The notes below the pieces were generated by a model. That model did not search any database and was not told where the DNA came from. It saw only the letters and a list, made by a program, of their open reading frames with translations. Below are positions 62,124 to 64,000 of a stretch of DNA of 64,000 nt, piece after piece. This DNA comes from Candidatus Kaiserbacteria bacterium. Its GTDB lineage: Bacteria > Patescibacteriota > Minisyncoccia > Phycocordibacterales > UBA2100. The stretch's first letter is position 1. The number at the start of each line of letters is the position of its first letter. Position numbers and translations under genes: made by a program. The stretch lies in contig CAVYCR010000001.1 in assembly GCA_963767115.1 (NCBI GenBank), positions 130,430 to 194,429 on the forward strand. Reading direction: 5' to 3'.

Positions 62124-62456
62124 TTAAGTAAGCAGGGTCTTCTTGCGCTCCTCGTATTCTTCCTTATTGATCTCGCCTTTTGCGTAGCGCTCGTTGAGTA
62201 TGCCTATCGCATCGTGTGTGTGCCACATGCCGGGGCCGTGCATCATGCCATGGCGTCCGTGCCGGCGTCCGCCAAACATCCACATGAAAAGCCAGACCAC
62301 GATAGCGATGATAAGGATGTCGCCTGCGATATGGATCAGGCCGGACCAGGGGTCTCCGTAGCCGTAAGGGTAATTATTCATAGGTGGGATGATTAGATTG
62401 GGTAATCGTCTGTAATACTCCTCGTCGGCGCCAATTCTTTCATGAGGTGCCGTCAT
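62124..62456 (-). CDS. SHOCT-domain membrane protein
   Basis: The C-terminus ILNERYAKGEINKEEYEERKKTLL is a SHOCT motif, preceded by one TM helix and a G/H/M-rich segment. Confidence 0.7.
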   Translation of the reverse strand: MTAPHERIGADEEYYRRLPNLIIPPMNNYPYGYGDPWSGLIHIAGDILIIAIVVWLFMWMFGGRRHGRHGMMHGPGMWHTHDAIGILNERYAKGEINKEEYEERKKTLLT

Positions 62457-62511
62457 TTCGCATGAAGTCGTAAAGCGAAGTTCAAACTCACTTCAATAGT
62501 TCATTTGACCT

Positions 62512-62757
62512 TTGCCTTCGAGTGTTTATCATTACGATATGACTGACGCGGCACTACAGAAGCGGCTTGCGCGCATGCAGGCCGATATAGACACGCTTAA
62601 AGAACGGTTGAAAACCAACGCAGCTGTCGAAAAAGCACGCGAGCGTCTGCGAGCCATGTTGCGCGAGGGGATTGAGAGTGGTCCGGGCAAACCGATGGAC
62701 GCGGCGTATTGGAAAAAACTAAAAACCGTTGCCCAACGCAAGAAAACTGCGAAATAG
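62512..62757 (+). CDS. Putative ParD-like antitoxin
   Basis: It lies 3 nt upstream of a ParE/RelE toxin gene. The C-terminus AMLREGIESGPGKPMDAAYWKKLK resembles the ParD C-terminal region. The N-terminal RHH is not evident and the start is uncertain. Confidence 0.5.
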   Translation: MPSSVYHYDMTDAALQKRLARMQADIDTLKERLKTNAAVEKARERLRAMLREGIESGPGKPMDAAYWKKLKTVAQRKKTAK

Positions 62758-62760
62758 TAC

Positions 62761-63075
62761 ATGAAACATATTCGGGGTCGCAAGAAGGTACAGCAGGATA
62801 TTTATCACATTATAGAGTTTTACAGAGACGAAAGCCCCGTGCTTGCAGTCAGATTCGTCGAAGAAATACATAAGGCTAGTGCTCGAATCGAAGCCATGCC
62901 CAGTCTTGGTTCGTTGCGATTTGCAAGTGAACTCGGCATGCGCGGATTGCGGATGTATTTGGTCCAGGGTTTCCCATACGTTTTACTCTATCTGGAGCGC
63001 GAAGATCATATCGACCTCGTGCGCGTGCTGCACACGCATCGCGATATACTCGACCTTTTGCTTGGAGACGGCTGA
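62761..63075 (+). CDS. parE: ParE/RelE-family toxin
   Basis: 104 aa. DIYHIIEFYRDESPVLAVRFVEEIHKASARIEAMPSLG...GLRMYLVQGFPYVLLYLEREDHIDLVRVLHTHRD has the typical ParE layout. Confidence 0.8.
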   Translation: MKHIRGRKKVQQDIYHIIEFYRDESPVLAVRFVEEIHKASARIEAMPSLGSLRFASELGMRGLRMYLVQGFPYVLLYLEREDHIDLVRVLHTHRDILDLLLGDG

Positions 63076-63123
63076 GCAATAGAGCGAGTATTGACCTTGC
63101 AGGCGCAATGGTAAACTGTGGTT

Positions 63124-63342
63124 ATGTTTTCACTCAAAAACACGTGGGTGAGGTTAGGAATTTTGGTCGGTATCTTAGTTATCCTACAAGCTGTTCGTAT
63201 TGTCACTTTACCCGAAAGCGCCCGACAAGCTTGTTTGTCGAGATTCTATGGTGGTACCTATCCTTACGGAATCAATGGTCAATTCGAAAGTACCGTCGCA
63301 GTACCGTCACTTCTTAACTGTTTCAATAGTGGTGGACCTTAA
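63124..63342 (+). CDS. Small hypothetical secreted/membrane protein
   Basis: MFSLKNTWVRLGILVGILVILQAV is a signal/anchor segment. A terminator lies 40 nt downstream. No family recognised. Confidence 0.4.
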   Translation: MFSLKNTWVRLGILVGILVILQAVRIVTLPESARQACLSRFYGGTYPYGINGQFESTVAVPSLLNCFNSGGP

Positions 63343-63382
63343 AAATCTTTGCAATTCCCGGAATTTCGGATACAGTAATGCC

Positions 63383-63400
63383 ACGCCACAGGCGTTTTTT
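63383..63400 (+). terminator. Intrinsic terminator immediately upstream of fusA
   Basis: acgcc-aca-ggcgt followed by T6. Confidence 0.55.
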
Positions 63401-63421
63401 ATTTTGTAATTATCTTATAGT

Positions 63422-64000
63422 ATGTCTCGTGATTATCCATTGGAGAAAGTCCGCAACTTCGGCATCGTCGCGCACGTCGACGCAGGGAAGACCACCACGT
63501 CGGAGCGCATCCTTTTCTACACCGGCGAGAGCCACAAGATCGGCGAAGTGCACGACGGCAACACGGTCACCGACTGGATGGAACAGGAGCGCGAGCGCGG
63601 CATCACCATCACCGCCGCCGCCATCACCTGCTTCTGGAACCCGACCTACATGGGCGCCGACACTTCGCAAAAGGTCCGCTTCAATATCATCGACACGCCG
63701 GGGCACATCGACTTCACTTCTGAAGTGAAGCGCTCGATGCGCGTGCTCGACGGCGCGGTCGTCGTCTTCGACGGCGTCGCAGGCGTCGAGCCGCAGTCCG
63801 AGACCAACTGGCGCTATGCCGAAGAGGCCAACGTGCCGCGCATCTGCTACATCAACAAGCTCGACCGCACGGGCGCGTCGTTTGAAAAATCCTACGCATC
63901 CATCCTCGACCGGCTTTCCAACAAAGCCGTGCGCTTGCAGCTCCCGATCGGTGCTCGAGGACCAATTCGAAGGCGTCATCGATCTCTTGCACATGAAGGC
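63422..64000 (+). CDS. fusA: Elongation factor G (N-terminal part; continues beyond window); one +1 frame break near the window end
   Basis: Absent from the ORF track because there is no stop in the window. [35 protein letters not shown]...[14 protein letters not shown]...INKLDR. After LQLPIG the conserved [15 protein letters not shown] is one frame ahead, with the junction near 63950-63958. Confidence 0.9.
   Translation, partial: MSRDYPLEKVRNFGIVAHVDAGKTTTSERILFYTGESHKIGEVHDGNTVTDWMEQERERGITITAAAITCFWNPTYMGADTSQKVRFNIIDTPGHIDFTSEVKRSMRVLDGAVVVFDGVAGVEPQSETNWRYAEEANVPRICYINKLDRTGASFEKSYASILDRLSNKAVRLQLPIGARGPIRRRHRSLAHEG

Overview
GC-rich, gene-dense bacterial chromosome segment. The gene content (many short genes, type IV pilus genes, comEC, few metabolic genes) suggests a reduced-genome, CPR/Patescibacteria-like organism; that placement is inference only. 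The standard genetic code applies, since long ORFs end in TGA, TAA and TAG. From left to right the window holds: (1) a pilin gene plus a glycan cluster with a GT-C, a GT2-GtrA, a GH8, a BcsA-like synthase and a second GT-C; (2) an AT-richer ~7.6 kb island with a truncated serine recombinase, a complete type I R-M system (hsdR/S/M) and an XRE regulator; (3) a GH6 cellulase, a xerC/D-type recombinase, xth, cca, four tRNAs, yraN and a TrmB regulator; (4) hup, rny, clpP, a Doc/AbrB TA pair, tig, ppa and nusA; (5) a type IV pilus block (pilB, a 3.4 kb accessory insert with an Hfq-like gene, pilC, three pseudopilin-like genes); (6) tpiA, pgk, dnaA, HIT, recJ, RNase H, comEC, SOD-like, MBL, rpmB and an M50 protease; (7) rpsL-rpsG-fusA split by a 1.8 kb insert carrying a four-helix-bundle gene, a SHOCT gene and ParDE. 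Three observations stand out. First, seven intergenic foldback elements of 100-172 nt were found. Three of them (plus one variant) share a conserved core that carries a bidirectional terminator, yet each has its own perfectly self-complementary 29-34 nt arms, and most lie 0-30 nt past a stop codon. Second, at least 13 reading-frame breaks occur in conserved housekeeping genes (cca, hup, rny, nusA, pilB, fusA). Every one is a net +1 (one extra nucleotide) and they fall in short patches. This could be assembly error, but it needs checking. Third, an 86-nt near-identical hairpin-forming module sits at the 5' end of two consecutive pseudopilin genes. No CRISPR array, rRNA gene or intact transposase was seen.
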